Assembly (NCBI GenBank): GCA_965222375.1
Contig: CBDCTZ010000016.1
Location: forward strand, 3,072,001-3,136,000
Reading direction: 5' to 3'
DNA length: 64,000 bases
Source: Polyangiaceae bacterium
GTDB taxonomy: Bacteria > Myxococcota_A > Polyangia > Polyangiales > Polyangiaceae
Notes under the pieces: generated by a model
What the model was told of the DNA's origin: nothing
The model's database searches: none
What the model saw: the letters and a program-made list of their open reading frames with translations, nothing else
Shown here: piece by piece, positions 9,270 through 19,167 of the stretch
Position numbering within the stretch: the first letter of the stretch is position 1
Layout: each line of letters opens with the position of its first letter
Translations under genes and position numbers: made by a program

Positions 9270-11027
9270 ATGTTTCCCTGTCCCGCATGCCAGCAAGAAA
9301 ACAGCGAAAACGCTCGTTTTTGTCAGGCCTGTGGCGCGCCCATGCCCGATCCCCATGCGGACCCGGGAGGACTGATTGGGCAGATTCTTGGCGGCCGCTA
9401 CCGGATCACTCGGGTCATCGCCGAGGGTGGCATGGGCGTCGTCTACGAGGCTGAGCAGAAGATGGGCGACAATGTCCGCCGGTTGGCGGTCAAGGCGCTG
9501 CTGCCGGCGCTGAGCCAAGACGCCAGCATCGCCAAACGCTTCCACCGCGAATCGGGATTGATCGCCCAACTGGAGCACCCGAACACGATTCGAGTCTACG
9601 ACTTCGGGGCGACTCCGGATGGGCGGCTCTACATCGCGATGGAGTTGATCGACGGCCAGCCGCTGACCCAAGTCATTGATGAAGGGTCCATTCCCTTCGA
9701 CCGCGCGATCGGAATCCTGAAGCAGATCACCGGCGCTCTGGGGGAAGCGCATCGCTTGGGCATCGTGCACCGGGATTTGAAGCCGGACAACGTTATCCTG
9801 ACGGAACGGGGCGGAGAGCCGGACTTCGTCAAATTGCTGGATTTCGGTATTGCAAAGCGAACCGGCACCTCCGGTGAGCATCGCACGAAGATCACTCAAG
9901 CAGGCATGGTGCTCGGGACTCCGCCCTACATGAGTCCAGAGCAATTGGCGGGCGAAGAAGTGGATGCGCGAAGTGACATCTACTCATTGGGCGTGCTGGC
10001 CTACGAGATGATCACGGGGCGTCTGCCTTTCGATGCGGATACCCCCTGGGAGTGGGCGAGTAAGCACATGACGGAGGTGCCTGCCTCCCCGCGTACCGTC
10101 ACGGACGCGCCCATCCCCGAGCGCGCGGAGCGGGCCATCCTGCATGCACTGGCTAAACGTCGAGAGGATCGACCTCGAGACACGGCGCAGTTCTTTGCGG
10201 AGCTCAGTGGTACTGCGCCTCGAGTGGCCACCGCACGCACCCAACTTGCGGCCGTGGTGGCCCCTCCAATGGCGACCCCCATCCGTACCGAGTCCGCGGT
10301 GGCGCGGCCGGTGCTGGTGCCCCCGCCGCGACCTCCGTCTCGGATGGGTTGGGTCCTAGCGGCCACCGGGATCGCCGTGGGGGCTGGATTGAGCGCTTTC
10401 GCGGTGTGGCAGATCCAGCACGACCCAGAGCCGCCGCGTCCGCAGCTCGTCGCCTCGGTGCCCGCCACCGCAACCATAGAACCCCTGGTTGAAGCCGAGT
10501 TTCTCACGGAAGCGCCCGCAACCCCCAATCCATCACTGCCACAGCAGCCGTTGACTTCTGCCAAGCAGCGCCCCCCGAAGAGGCCACCTAAATCCACGCC
10601 GCCGAGGGTCACGCCGCCAACCACGCCGCCCGTCGTGACGCCACCACCAGCGACGACCCAGCCGCCGGTGGTGCCGCCGCCAGCAACGACCACTCCGCCG
10701 GTCCTGCCGCCCGCACCGCGCACGCCCCCGAAGCCGCCCTCGGGTCCGCAGGGTGATGCCGCCTGCGACCGGGCCCAGTCGGCCGCGCGGGCCGGGAATA
10801 TCGAAGGTGCCGCTTCCCTGTATCATCGCTGCAAGGCGACGGGCGGGAGCGCTAGTGCCTTGGCCGGCGTGAGACGCCGGGTTCGAGATGCGGCTCCCAA
10901 GGAGGTCCGGCGTCGGGCATTCTTGGGGGACTGTGCGGGTGCCAAGCGCGCAGTCAATGCCGCGTCGAGCGTCGGCGAAGGCGCCAGTGCCCGCCGTGGA
11001 CTTTCCGGAACGACCTGCAGCGGCTGA
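9270..11027 (+). CDS. Ser/Thr protein kinase with N-terminal zinc ribbon, TM helix and Pro-rich extracellular region
   Basis: CPACQ..FCQACG; GGMGVVY, HRDLKPDN, DFG, GTPPYMSPE. Confidence 0.95.
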   Translation: MFPCPACQQENSENARFCQACGAPMPDPHADPGGLIGQILGGRYRITRVIAEGGMGVVYEAEQKMGDNVRRLAVKALLPALSQDASIAKRFHRESGLIAQLEHPNTIRVYDFGATPDGRLYIAMELIDGQPLTQVIDEGSIPFDRAIGILKQITGALGEAHRLGIVHRDLKPDNVILTERGGEPDFVKLLDFGIAKRTGTSGEHRTKITQAGMVLGTPPYMSPEQLAGEEVDARSDIYSLGVLAYEMITGRLPFDADTPWEWASKHMTEVPASPRTVTDAPIPERAERAILHALAKRREDRPRDTAQFFAELSGTAPRVATARTQLAAVVAPPMATPIRTESAVARPVLVPPPRPPSRMGWVLAATGIAVGAGLSAFAVWQIQHDPEPPRPQLVASVPATATIEPLVEAEFLTEAPATPNPSLPQQPLTSAKQRPPKRPPKSTPPRVTPPTTPPVVTPPPATTQPPVVPPPATTTPPVLPPAPRTPPKPPSGPQGDAACDRAQSAARAGNIEGAASLYHRCKATGGSASALAGVRRRVRDAAPKEVRRRAFLGDCAGAKRAVNAASSVGEGASARRGLSGTTCSG

Positions 11028-11030
11028 GGT

Positions 11031-11231
11031 TCAGAGGAACCAGACGCCGAGCACGAGCACGAGACATGCTACCGCCACGGACGCCATGGCGGCCATTTCC
11101 CAGGGGCCGGTCCGGGGATCCGAGAAACGCAATTCGATGGAAGCGAACCGGCTTGCTTCGCGGTGACGCTGGCCACTGAGCGCCAGGTTGGCGGCGCGCA
11201 GAGCGGAGTCCATCGGCTGTGGCTCTTCCAT
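11031..11231 (-). CDS. Small membrane-anchored hypothetical protein
   Basis: 66-aa ORF filling the gap, with a C-terminal hydrophobic helix. Confidence 0.35.
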   Translation of the reverse strand: MEEPQPMDSALRAANLALSGQRHREASRFASIELRFSDPRTGPWEMAAMASVAVACLVLVLGVWFL

Positions 11232-11347
11232 GTGGGAACACTGTTTTCCATGGACGGCGCGGCGGGGGAAGACCCCTTCCAGGTCCGATTTTACAACCCC
11301 TGCAATTCCATGGTGTTAGTCGCGCTGTTGGCCGGTTTGCCTGGCGC

Positions 11348-14300
11348 TCAGTAGAAGCGCGCCTTGCCCTTCTCTTCCCACCACTCGGTGTACTTGCGCT
11401 GCACCCGGGCGCGTTCCTTCTTGGGAAGGTCTTCGTAGTAGCCGAAATACTCTTTGGTGATGGCCTTGAGCTCTTCGCCTGCGGCGCGGCGAATGTTCGT
11501 GTCTTCGTGCATGAGTGACGTGATCAACCATTCGACGCGGTGTTCGGAGGAGTGCTTGGCCCACCAAACACTCCAAGCCTTCGAGTCCTGGTCGAACCCC
11601 TGGCGCGCCAGAATGGATAGCGCCCATGCCGCGGACTTGACCAGGGATTGAGAGTCGTTTTTCAAGAGGGGGATCAGTCGCGGAACCGCGCGGCCGTCCC
11701 GGATGTCCGCCAGGGCCTCGACGGCCGCCTCTCGGTTTTCTTGTGGTTGCTCGGGGTCAGAAGCCAGGGTTGCGAGCCCATCCCGAAGCGCGGTTCTCGC
11801 GTCCAGATCTCGTTGCAGCATCCGGCCCGCGGCGACCGCCGCCTTTCGCACGTCCGCATCTTCGTCGCTAGCACGTCGCACGATGGCGCGGGCGCCATCG
11901 CAGCTCGGGATCTCGCCCAGCAGCCAGGTCGCCCATCGACGCGTCTTCGGGTCGCCGTCGGCGGTTCGAACGATCAAGTACTGGCCAGCCTTGTCTCCGA
12001 TTCGGGCGAGGGTCCGCAGGATTGGTCCGCAATCTGACGCTCGGGTCGAGTTTTCTCCGAAGCGGTGTGCGACCTCTCCGTGAATAGGGCCGGGGAAGCG
12101 CGCAACTAGCACCAAAACGGCCGGTTCGCCCATTTCCACCAGGCGGTCCCCGGCGGCTTCATCGCCGTTTTCCAGGCGATCCACCAAATGCTGACAGTCT
12201 GCCTCGAGATCGATGATCACCGAGGGCAGCCGGATCCCAGGCGAGCTGTGCCGTTTCCGAGGACGCAGCGGCCCATAGGCGACTTTGCGGGATGACGGAG
12301 CTAGCGGCACTTCCCGGGAATCGATCTGCTGTGTGACCGCCGAGTCGGAATCTGCCCGCTTGTACTCCCGGGCCAGCTCCTCGGGATCGACCTCGTCTTC
12401 GCCCACCAGTTCCAATCGGGGAGAGCTATCGGAAGTTGGAGGCGGGGAGGGTAGTGGCTCGCCTCGGCCCAGGCCTCGCGCGGTGTCCACGTTGATCTGG
12501 GGTGTTTCGTCGTCGGAACCGTCGGTCTCATCCCAAGCATCTTCCTCGGGAAGTTCCTCGGTCGCTGGCGGCGAGGAGATGGGCCGCCGGGTCAAAGGAA
12601 ACGGTTTGGCCTCGCCTTCTGCGGTCGGCGTGCCATGGGGTGGCGTGTGCTTGTTGGCCCCTACGCGCACCATCGGCCGGCTCGGGATCGAGCTTGCGCG
12701 CGCCTTGGGGCGGGGCGCTTCAACGGCCGTGCTTGGGGGCTCATCGGACTTGCGAGCGCCTGGTGAGGCCGCGACGGTCGCGGGGGCCTGTTCCACCACC
12801 GCAAAAGGCGCGGACTTGGGTGGTTCGGAGCGCAGAGCGCCCGGGGACGCTTGATCCGTGCTTGGGGGGGCGTCGCTGCGTTTGCGCGCTTGAGGCGAGG
12901 CTTCGTCGGTGCTTGGAGCTTCGGTGGGCGGGGGCGCGTCTCTGGGTGGGGGCGCGTCCTTGGGCGACGGCGCGTCTTTGGGCGGTGGCGCTTCGCTGGG
13001 CGGAGGTGCCCCGAAAGCTCGGGCCAAGGCGTCTCGCCGTTGATCAGCGCTAGCGATGGTGTGGCGGCGCCGTGCGGGTGGGGAAATCGGCGTGGGCATG
13101 GCTCCGTCGGCGAGTTCGCCGCGCGCGCGCATCTTCCGCAGCATGATCACGCGTTCCAGTGCGGCGGCTGCCAGGGGTGCGAAGGACAGCACGTCGCCGA
13201 TGTCGTCCAGCCCTACGTCTGCGGCGCCCAGATCTCCGTACAGGAGCAGCACGCAGCGACCGCGAACCACGACCGGGACGATGGCTACCATCGCGCCCGA
13301 GCGCCGCTCCAAGTCCTTGGCCAAGCTGGCGTCCAAGCCGTCGCGCTCGAGACGCAAAAGTTGCCAGGTGGCCGCGGCCCGGGTCGTGCTGAGCACTCCC
13401 GGCAGATCCAAGGGCACGCCAATCCCGCGGATCCTCGAGCGATCGGTACCCGGGCCGTCCGCATCTCGGCCTTCCGCGAGATCCGAGTGCACGGCAAAGA
13501 GCGCCGAATACTCGAAGAATTGCGACGCGAAATCGAAGAATGCCCCGAGAACGTCGTCTCGGCTCTCGGCCTCCATCAGGTCCGCCTCGGCCATCGCCGC
13601 GGTGTATGGCCCACGGTGGCGTTTGCGGCCGCGAGCACGTTGACCACTCCGCTTCGGCTCGGAGGGTTTGTCTTCCGGCTGCGGTGCGGAGGGGCTTTGA
13701 CGTGGAGAAATCAGGGTGCGCAGCTCGCTACTCTGACCGCGCCCGGACATTTCCACAGGGGGTGAGCTACGTTCTACTGGCGCGCCGTCCCTCGCATCTC
13801 GTGGCGTGATGAGCGTGGTGGGATAGGGCATGGGCGGAACGCTCGCCGGGCGGGGCAGTGCTGGGATGGAGTCGGCGTTGCGGAAGGCAGCCGGAATGGA
13901 GCTGGGGCTCGGATCAGGTCGGCCTTCGAGCTTCGCGACCAAGCGCAGGGTGCGTCGGTCCATGGGAAGATCGTAGTCCCGCGAAACGGCCTGGCGGATG
14001 CGAACCAGGGGTGCGGCTCGCTGCGCCAGGGTCGCGCCCAGCGAAAAGCTGAGGTCTTGCTCGATCTCTGGTGGCAAGGGTTCGCTCACAGCGATTACGA
14101 GCTCGCCATCGCGCTCCCCCAAGGGGTAGAAGCCATGCCGCAGCGCCAGGTCGCCGGGTACGATTTCGAGGGTGGTTGCTGACGCCCGAGGCAACTCTCC
14201 AACGGGTGCAGGAAGTAGTTCGTGGCTCTCGGCCAACAACGTCGTCAGTGCGCCTTCACTGACCGCCGCGAGCTCGAGCAGATTCGTGGCGAGGTCACCG

Positions 14301-14389
14301 CCGTAGAGGACTTGGCGAGCCAATGCCTCCTCGACGTCGCGCATGCTCGCGAGTTTCTGCTTGACGATGCTCGAGCTGAGAGTAGGCAT
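11348..14389 (-). CDS. Large T2SSE-N (MshEN-like)/GAF-like/Pro-rich/HEAT-repeat protein (FrgA-like)
   Basis: N-terminal EEALARQVLYGGDLATNLLE...VPGDLALRHGFYPL..LVIAVSEP; C-terminal HEAT repeats (DADVRKAAV, NREAAVEAL, TNIRRAAG). Confidence 0.65.
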   Translation of the reverse strand: MPTLSSSIVKQKLASMRDVEEALARQVLYGGDLATNLLELAAVSEGALTTLLAESHELLPAPVGELPRASATTLEIVPGDLALRHGFYPLGERDGELVIAVSEPLPPEIEQDLSFSLGATLAQRAAPLVRIRQAVSRDYDLPMDRRTLRLVAKLEGRPDPSPSSIPAAFRNADSIPALPRPASVPPMPYPTTLITPRDARDGAPVERSSPPVEMSGRGQSSELRTLISPRQSPSAPQPEDKPSEPKRSGQRARGRKRHRGPYTAAMAEADLMEAESRDDVLGAFFDFASQFFEYSALFAVHSDLAEGRDADGPGTDRSRIRGIGVPLDLPGVLSTTRAAATWQLLRLERDGLDASLAKDLERRSGAMVAIVPVVVRGRCVLLLYGDLGAADVGLDDIGDVLSFAPLAAAALERVIMLRKMRARGELADGAMPTPISPPARRRHTIASADQRRDALARAFGAPPPSEAPPPKDAPSPKDAPPPRDAPPPTEAPSTDEASPQARKRSDAPPSTDQASPGALRSEPPKSAPFAVVEQAPATVAASPGARKSDEPPSTAVEAPRPKARASSIPSRPMVRVGANKHTPPHGTPTAEGEAKPFPLTRRPISSPPATEELPEEDAWDETDGSDDETPQINVDTARGLGRGEPLPSPPPTSDSSPRLELVGEDEVDPEELAREYKRADSDSAVTQQIDSREVPLAPSSRKVAYGPLRPRKRHSSPGIRLPSVIIDLEADCQHLVDRLENGDEAAGDRLVEMGEPAVLVLVARFPGPIHGEVAHRFGENSTRASDCGPILRTLARIGDKAGQYLIVRTADGDPKTRRWATWLLGEIPSCDGARAIVRRASDEDADVRKAAVAAGRMLQRDLDARTALRDGLATLASDPEQPQENREAAVEALADIRDGRAVPRLIPLLKNDSQSLVKSAAWALSILARQGFDQDSKAWSVWWAKHSSEHRVEWLITSLMHEDTNIRRAAGEELKAITKEYFGYYEDLPKKERARVQRKYTEWWEEKGKARFY
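12915..13006 (-). repeat. 18-bp coding tandem repeat (PPPxDA units)
   Basis: GGCGCGTC/GGCGCTTC/GGAGCTTC cores at 12915, 12933, 12951, 12969 and 12987. Confidence 0.75.
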
Positions 14390-14501
14390 GTCCGCTGGGT
14401 GCCGGGACCCCAAATACCCCAGCGACCACGGGAATTGTCCTTTCGCGCCCAGGGATGTCAACGAAAGTCGGGCTCTTGGGCAGGAGCCCCAGGTTTACCC
14501 G

Positions 14502-15881
14502 CTATCCGGGTGCCATCGCAGCCGCCAAGTCCGTCAAAAGCCAGCGCGCCAGGGTTAGATAAATGAGGATGCCCAGCACGTCGACCAGAGTGGCGATGAA
14601 CGGCGTGGAACTCGTAGCCGGGTCCACGCCCAGCCGATGCAGCAGCAGAGGCATCATTCCGCCCACAACGCAGCCCATGACGACGATTGCCACGATGGTT
14701 ATGGCAATTAGCCCCGCGAAGGACCAGGTGCCGCCAGCCATGGCGACTCGGATCACTCCCAGCAGCGCTAGCAGGACTCCGAGCAGCAGGCCCTGGCTGA
14801 GTTCTCGGCCTAGAACCCTCCACCAGTCGCGGGCGGCGATATCCCCGACAGCCAGTCCGCGTATGACCAGAGTCGACGACTGGGAGCCGGAGTTTCCGCC
14901 GGCCGCGATGAGAAGGGGCACGTAGACGGCTAGCTCCGCAACTGCCGCCAGGATGGTGCCGTAAGCCTCCATCGCTGTGGTCGTGAAGTAGCCGCCAATG
15001 AACAGAATGACGAGCCAAGGTGCACGTTTGCGGATGTACTCCAGAAACGAGGCGTCGAAGTAGCCTTCCCGGATCGGCTCGATGGCGCCCATCTTCTGGA
15101 CGTCTTCAGCTTGCTCTTCGCTGATCACGTCCAAGATGTCGTCGGAGGTGATCACTCCTAGCAGCTCGCCTTTCTCGCTGACGACCGGCAAGGTGTTGAA
15201 GTCGTACTTCGCCAGTTTCTGGGCGACCTCTTCCTGGTCCATTTCCGGCGGCACGGAAATGATGTTCGTCTGCATCACGTCCAGGACTCGCTCCGTCGGC
15301 TCAGCGAGCAGCAGGATCCGCAGCGTCAAATAGCCCAGCAACTGATCGTCCTCGCCGACGACGTAGATGGAATCCAGCGTTTCCGCCTCCTGGGCAGCGC
15401 GGCGCACTTCTTCAATGGCGTCGGCGATGCGCAGATGGGGTGGCACTGCAGCGAAGTCTGGCGTCATCAGCCCGCCGGCAGAACTGTCCGGATAGCGGGA
15501 GAGCTCCTCGACCTCTTCGGCGACCTCTGGATCGACCTTTTCCAGGGTCTCCAGGATCGGTGCCACGATGTCCGGTGGCAGCATGCTGACGAAATCCGCC
15601 GCTTCGTCCTTGTCCATTTCGGACACCAGCTGAGCGGTTTGATCCGTGCCCAGGCGGTGGGTCAGGTTCTCCTGGCGGTCTTCGTCCAGGCGCTCGAAGA
15701 CCTGGGCGGCATAGTCTTTCGGAAGCTCGGTGAGGAGCTCCGTCGCCTTGGCGTCATCGAGCTCGGCGACAATGTCTGCGAAGTCCTCCGGATGGATTTC
15801 TTCCAGCAGCTCGCGGACCTCTCCCGGGCTCTCTCGCAGGAGCGCCTCCAGTTCCGGACCGATGAGCCGCGCCAGCCGCAT
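14502..15881 (-). CDS. mgtE: Magnesium transporter MgtE
   Basis: IHPEDFAD N-domain; SAGGLMTPD plus CBS pair; KRAPWL, GGNSGSQS and PFIATLVDV motifs. Confidence 0.95.
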   Translation of the reverse strand: MRLARLIGPELEALLRESPGEVRELLEEIHPEDFADIVAELDDAKATELLTELPKDYAAQVFERLDEDRQENLTHRLGTDQTAQLVSEMDKDEAADFVSMLPPDIVAPILETLEKVDPEVAEEVEELSRYPDSSAGGLMTPDFAAVPPHLRIADAIEEVRRAAQEAETLDSIYVVGEDDQLLGYLTLRILLLAEPTERVLDVMQTNIISVPPEMDQEEVAQKLAKYDFNTLPVVSEKGELLGVITSDDILDVISEEQAEDVQKMGAIEPIREGYFDASFLEYIRKRAPWLVILFIGGYFTTTAMEAYGTILAAVAELAVYVPLLIAAGGNSGSQSSTLVIRGLAVGDIAARDWWRVLGRELSQGLLLGVLLALLGVIRVAMAGGTWSFAGLIAITIVAIVVMGCVVGGMMPLLLHRLGVDPATSSTPFIATLVDVLGILIYLTLARWLLTDLAAAMAPG

Positions 15882-15963
15882 CGGCGCCGCCTTAGCAGAG
15901 CTTCCGCCTCCCGTGCAATGCAAGAGGTGGGTTTTCCGAGGCGAGCGCGCTAAGAACAGCGAC

Positions 15964-16728
15964 ATGTCGGTGCACGTGCATGACTTGACCCCCGTCGCCG
16001 GCCTCGTCCTCGATCGCCCGAAAGCCAACGCTTTCGACGTCGACCAACTGGCGGCACTGACCAATGGCCTGGAGCAGGTGGCACGGATCGAAGGGTTGCG
16101 TGCCGTCGTGCTCAGTGCAAAAGGCGATGTCGCATTCAGTGCAGGCGCAGACCTTGGGGCCACTGGGCCGTTGGCAGAACCCGGGGGCATTGCGCGATGG
16201 ACGGGCAACGCTCGCGCGCTTCTCGATCGGATCGCGGACTTCCCAGTACCGATCGTCGCATCGATTCGGCGCCCCGCGGCGGGTGGGGGCTTCGAACTCG
16301 CACTAGCTTGCCAGTTTCGAGTGATGGCAACGGACGCGCATCTGTCCTTGCCCGAGATCGACCGCGGCTATCTACCGAGTTGGGGCGCCGTGGAGCGTCT
16401 CTTGCCGCTGATCGGCTCTGCCCGGGTCCTCGACCTGCTCGTGACCGGTCGGCGCATTGCTGCCGAGGAGGCTCACGCCCTCGGCTTGGTGCACCGGGTC
16501 GCTGAAGACTCGGATGCGGCGGCCCGCCTCTTGGCGGAAGACATCGCCCGGAAGCCTCCCCTCGCGGTGCAGGCGGCGCTCGGCCAAGTCGGTGTGGGAT
16601 GTGCGAGTGTTGCGGAGCTGCGAACTCGAGAGCTCTCGGATCTGGAGCGCCTCGTTCGCAGCGAAGATACCGTCGAGGGCGTGCTCGCCTTCTTCGAGAA
16701 GCGGGCGCCCGCTTTCAAGGGCCGCTGA
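15964..16728 (+). CDS. Enoyl-CoA hydratase/isomerase family
   Basis: FSAGADL, AAGGGFELALAC, LPEI, EGVLAFFEKRAP. Confidence 0.9.
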   Translation: MSVHVHDLTPVAGLVLDRPKANAFDVDQLAALTNGLEQVARIEGLRAVVLSAKGDVAFSAGADLGATGPLAEPGGIARWTGNARALLDRIADFPVPIVASIRRPAAGGGFELALACQFRVMATDAHLSLPEIDRGYLPSWGAVERLLPLIGSARVLDLLVTGRRIAAEEAHALGLVHRVAEDSDAAARLLAEDIARKPPLAVQAALGQVGVGCASVAELRTRELSDLERLVRSEDTVEGVLAFFEKRAPAFKGR

Positions 16729-16746
16729 GCGGGCGATCGCGCCGAC

Positions 16747-17745
16747 TCAAGGGCAGTCGCCGTTGATCTTGAAAGCGGAAGCTGAAAAGTCCCCTTCGAG
16801 AATCCACGCATCGTTGCAGTTGGCATCAGCAGGTGAGTTCGTTGCCGCGCACCAGTCCCCCGCGGGACGCTCTCCTGCGATCCATTTGTCGCTGCTTTCG
16901 CAGTCCTTCTTCGGCCCGTTCCATTGAGTAATGCCCGCCAGAAACACACACAAGGTCGTGCCCAGATCCTCGATGAACACCTTGTCGGCCTCGTCCACGC
17001 GGATGTAGCCCTTCAAGTTCGCGGCCGTAGTGAAGGGGCGCTCGCCGGCGCCGAAGTCCCCACGGCAGGCCAGGCCAGGAGAGAGCGTGTCGCCGTTGTG
17101 CTTGCCAATGCAGTTGTGGGAGTCGTCGCTGAATTTCCCTTTGAGCACGACCTTGTGAAGGGGCAGCAGGATCGGGTTGGTCGTCTTGTCTGGCGCATCG
17201 AAGATGGGTACCACCACGTCGATATCCGACGCCGTGAAGCCCAGACCATCTGCGTCGTAGTTCACGTCGACTTCGATCGGCGCGATGGGTAGCGCCGTCG
17301 TGGTCATGGTCAAGAAGCACCCGCCGGCTTTGGGGTCCTTCACAGGCAAGCTACCCCCGGTCTTGAGCTTTCCGGTCGTTCGATTGAATTCGAATAGCCA
17401 CGAGAAGGTGCCTTCGCCCTGTTCGAAGCACTCGGGTTGGTTCAAGAACAGTCCGCGATCCAAGATCGCGTCGTGAATGAACTTCGTCGACAGGACCGAT
17501 GGGGCCTTCACGGTGATCTGATTGATCCGCCCCTGCCAAATGTCGGAGCCTGTGTTGTCGTGCTTCGCCAGGCACTCGGCACCTGGCCCCGTTGGTCCGG
17601 CCACGTAGCAGAGATCACTCTTAGGCACGCAGCTGCCCGTGACGCCGCCGGATCCACCCTTCTCGCCTTCGTCACCGTCACCTCCACAGGCTGCGAGTGA
17701 AAGCGACAGCCCAAACAAGCCAATCAAGAATGCACCGAAACGCAT
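16747..17745 (-). CDS. Hypothetical lipoprotein
   Basis: Lipobox LAAC, Gly-rich linker, several Cys. Confidence 0.7.
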   Translation of the reverse strand: MRFGAFLIGLFGLSLSLAACGGDGDEGEKGGSGGVTGSCVPKSDLCYVAGPTGPGAECLAKHDNTGSDIWQGRINQITVKAPSVLSTKFIHDAILDRGLFLNQPECFEQGEGTFSWLFEFNRTTGKLKTGGSLPVKDPKAGGCFLTMTTTALPIAPIEVDVNYDADGLGFTASDIDVVVPIFDAPDKTTNPILLPLHKVVLKGKFSDDSHNCIGKHNGDTLSPGLACRGDFGAGERPFTTAANLKGYIRVDEADKVFIEDLGTTLCVFLAGITQWNGPKKDCESSDKWIAGERPAGDWCAATNSPADANCNDAWILEGDFSASAFKINGDCP

Positions 17746-17883
17746 GAAACCTCCGCGAGCCGCGCAGTCTAGCACGGAAGCCTTTCATGCCGTCTGCGCG
17801 GGCTCCGCGAGCCGCGCGGGTTTGGACTAGGTTCTTGGTGATTTGCCCTCGCCCCGTCTAGGCTCAGGCGGGGTGATTCTTCA

Positions 17884-18912
17884 TTGGGCGAACCGGCCGG
17901 CAAAGCGAACTACAGGATCTGGGCATTCGCCTTCGGGTATTTCGCCTGCTACGTCCCGTATAGCGCGCTGACGAAAGCCCTGTCCTCGGGACTCTTTTCC
18001 GGCATGCCGCGGGGCATCGCGGGCTTCGAGCTTTTGCCCCTGACAAGCGTCGCGTCGCTGTGTGGGATGTTCGCATTCATTTCGGCGCTGCGCTGGTGGC
18101 GGTTCGCGGGCAAGCGGCGAGTGCTGGGGGTGTCGATTCCAATGCCAGGCCCCTGGACGTTCCTGTCTGGGCTGTGCACCGCAGGCATCATCGCCACGAC
18201 GACCTTGGCGTATACCTTCGAGGGCGTATCCATTGTCTTCATGATGCTGCTGATGCGAGGCGGCGTGTTGGCCATTGCCCCGGTGGTGGACTTCGCGAGT
18301 CGCCGCAAGGTGCGGTGGTTCTCTTGGGTGGCGCTGAGCTTGAGTTTGTCTGCTTTGCTGGTTGCGTTCTTCGGCGGCAGCCGCAGCGGTACGGCGATGA
18401 CCGTCGTGGCGGTTGTGGACGTGGCTGTGTACCTCACGGGCTACTTCGTACGCCTCCGATTCATGAGCCGGTTGGCAAAGTCCGGCGATCCAGACGTGAC
18501 CAAGCGCTACTTCGTTGAAGAGCAAATGACCGCAACCCCCCTGGTCGTGACGTTCCTGGCGGCGCTGGCATTCGTTGGGGATGGCGCGACCGCCGCGGAA
18601 GTGCGCAACGGTTTCCTCGGCCTCTGGGGTCACCCCCGGCTGCCCCTCGTCTTGCTCGTGGGGTTGCTTTCCCAGGGCACGGGCATTTTTGGCGGACTGA
18701 TCTTGCTGGATGGGCGTGAAAACAGCTTCTGCGTGCCGGTGAATCGGGCCAGCAGCATCCTGGCCGGCGTGTTTGCGAGCCTTTCGCTGGCGATCCTATT
18801 CGGTCGGCGGCCGCCGGGCGGCACCGAATTCGTGGGTGCGGCGCTGGTCGTCGCGGCGATCGTCGTGCTGTCGCTGCCTTCGCTGCTCAAGAAGCGCAAA
18901 GCCGCCCCCTGA
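17884..18912 (+). CDS. Integral membrane protein (~10 TM, DMT/EamA-like)
   Basis: Alternating hydrophobic helices; no catalytic motif seen. Confidence 0.65.
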   Translation: MGEPAGKANYRIWAFAFGYFACYVPYSALTKALSSGLFSGMPRGIAGFELLPLTSVASLCGMFAFISALRWWRFAGKRRVLGVSIPMPGPWTFLSGLCTAGIIATTTLAYTFEGVSIVFMMLLMRGGVLAIAPVVDFASRRKVRWFSWVALSLSLSALLVAFFGGSRSGTAMTVVAVVDVAVYLTGYFVRLRFMSRLAKSGDPDVTKRYFVEEQMTATPLVVTFLAALAFVGDGATAAEVRNGFLGLWGHPRLPLVLLVGLLSQGTGIFGGLILLDGRENSFCVPVNRASSILAGVFASLSLAILFGRRPPGGTEFVGAALVVAAIVVLSLPSLLKKRKAAP

Positions 18913-18965
18913 GCATGCGGGTTCGGGCTAGGTGAAGGCCTCGAGGGACTGTTCGAGTAGGCTGG

Positions 18966-19100
18966 ATGGATCTGCTGATGTTTCGCCCCATGCTCCGACG
19001 CTCCATGCGAAAGTTCCTGCTTGGGTTGCAGTATGAGGCAGAACAGAACGCAGCGGAGAGCGAACGCCCGCCCGCGGGATCGCGTCCGGCGTTTTCATGA
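18966..19100 (+). pseudogene. Possible C-terminal remnant of an SRPBCC-family gene
   Basis: GWMDLLMFRPMLRRSMRKFLLGLQYEAE resembles the SRPBCC C-terminal helix. The upstream frame is closed by a stop at 18933. Confidence 0.3.
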
Positions 19101-19115
19101 ACTGGCTCAGGCGCT

Positions 19116-19153
19116 GCCATGGCGCCGGGAATCGCCCGGCGCCATGGCTTTTT
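19116..19153 (+). terminator. Intrinsic terminator
   Basis: 14-bp stem GCCATGGCGCCGGG/CCCGGCGCCATGGC, 5-nt loop, followed by TTTTT; lies between convergent genes. Confidence 0.75.
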
Positions 19154-19167
19154 CATGAAGCGCCGGC

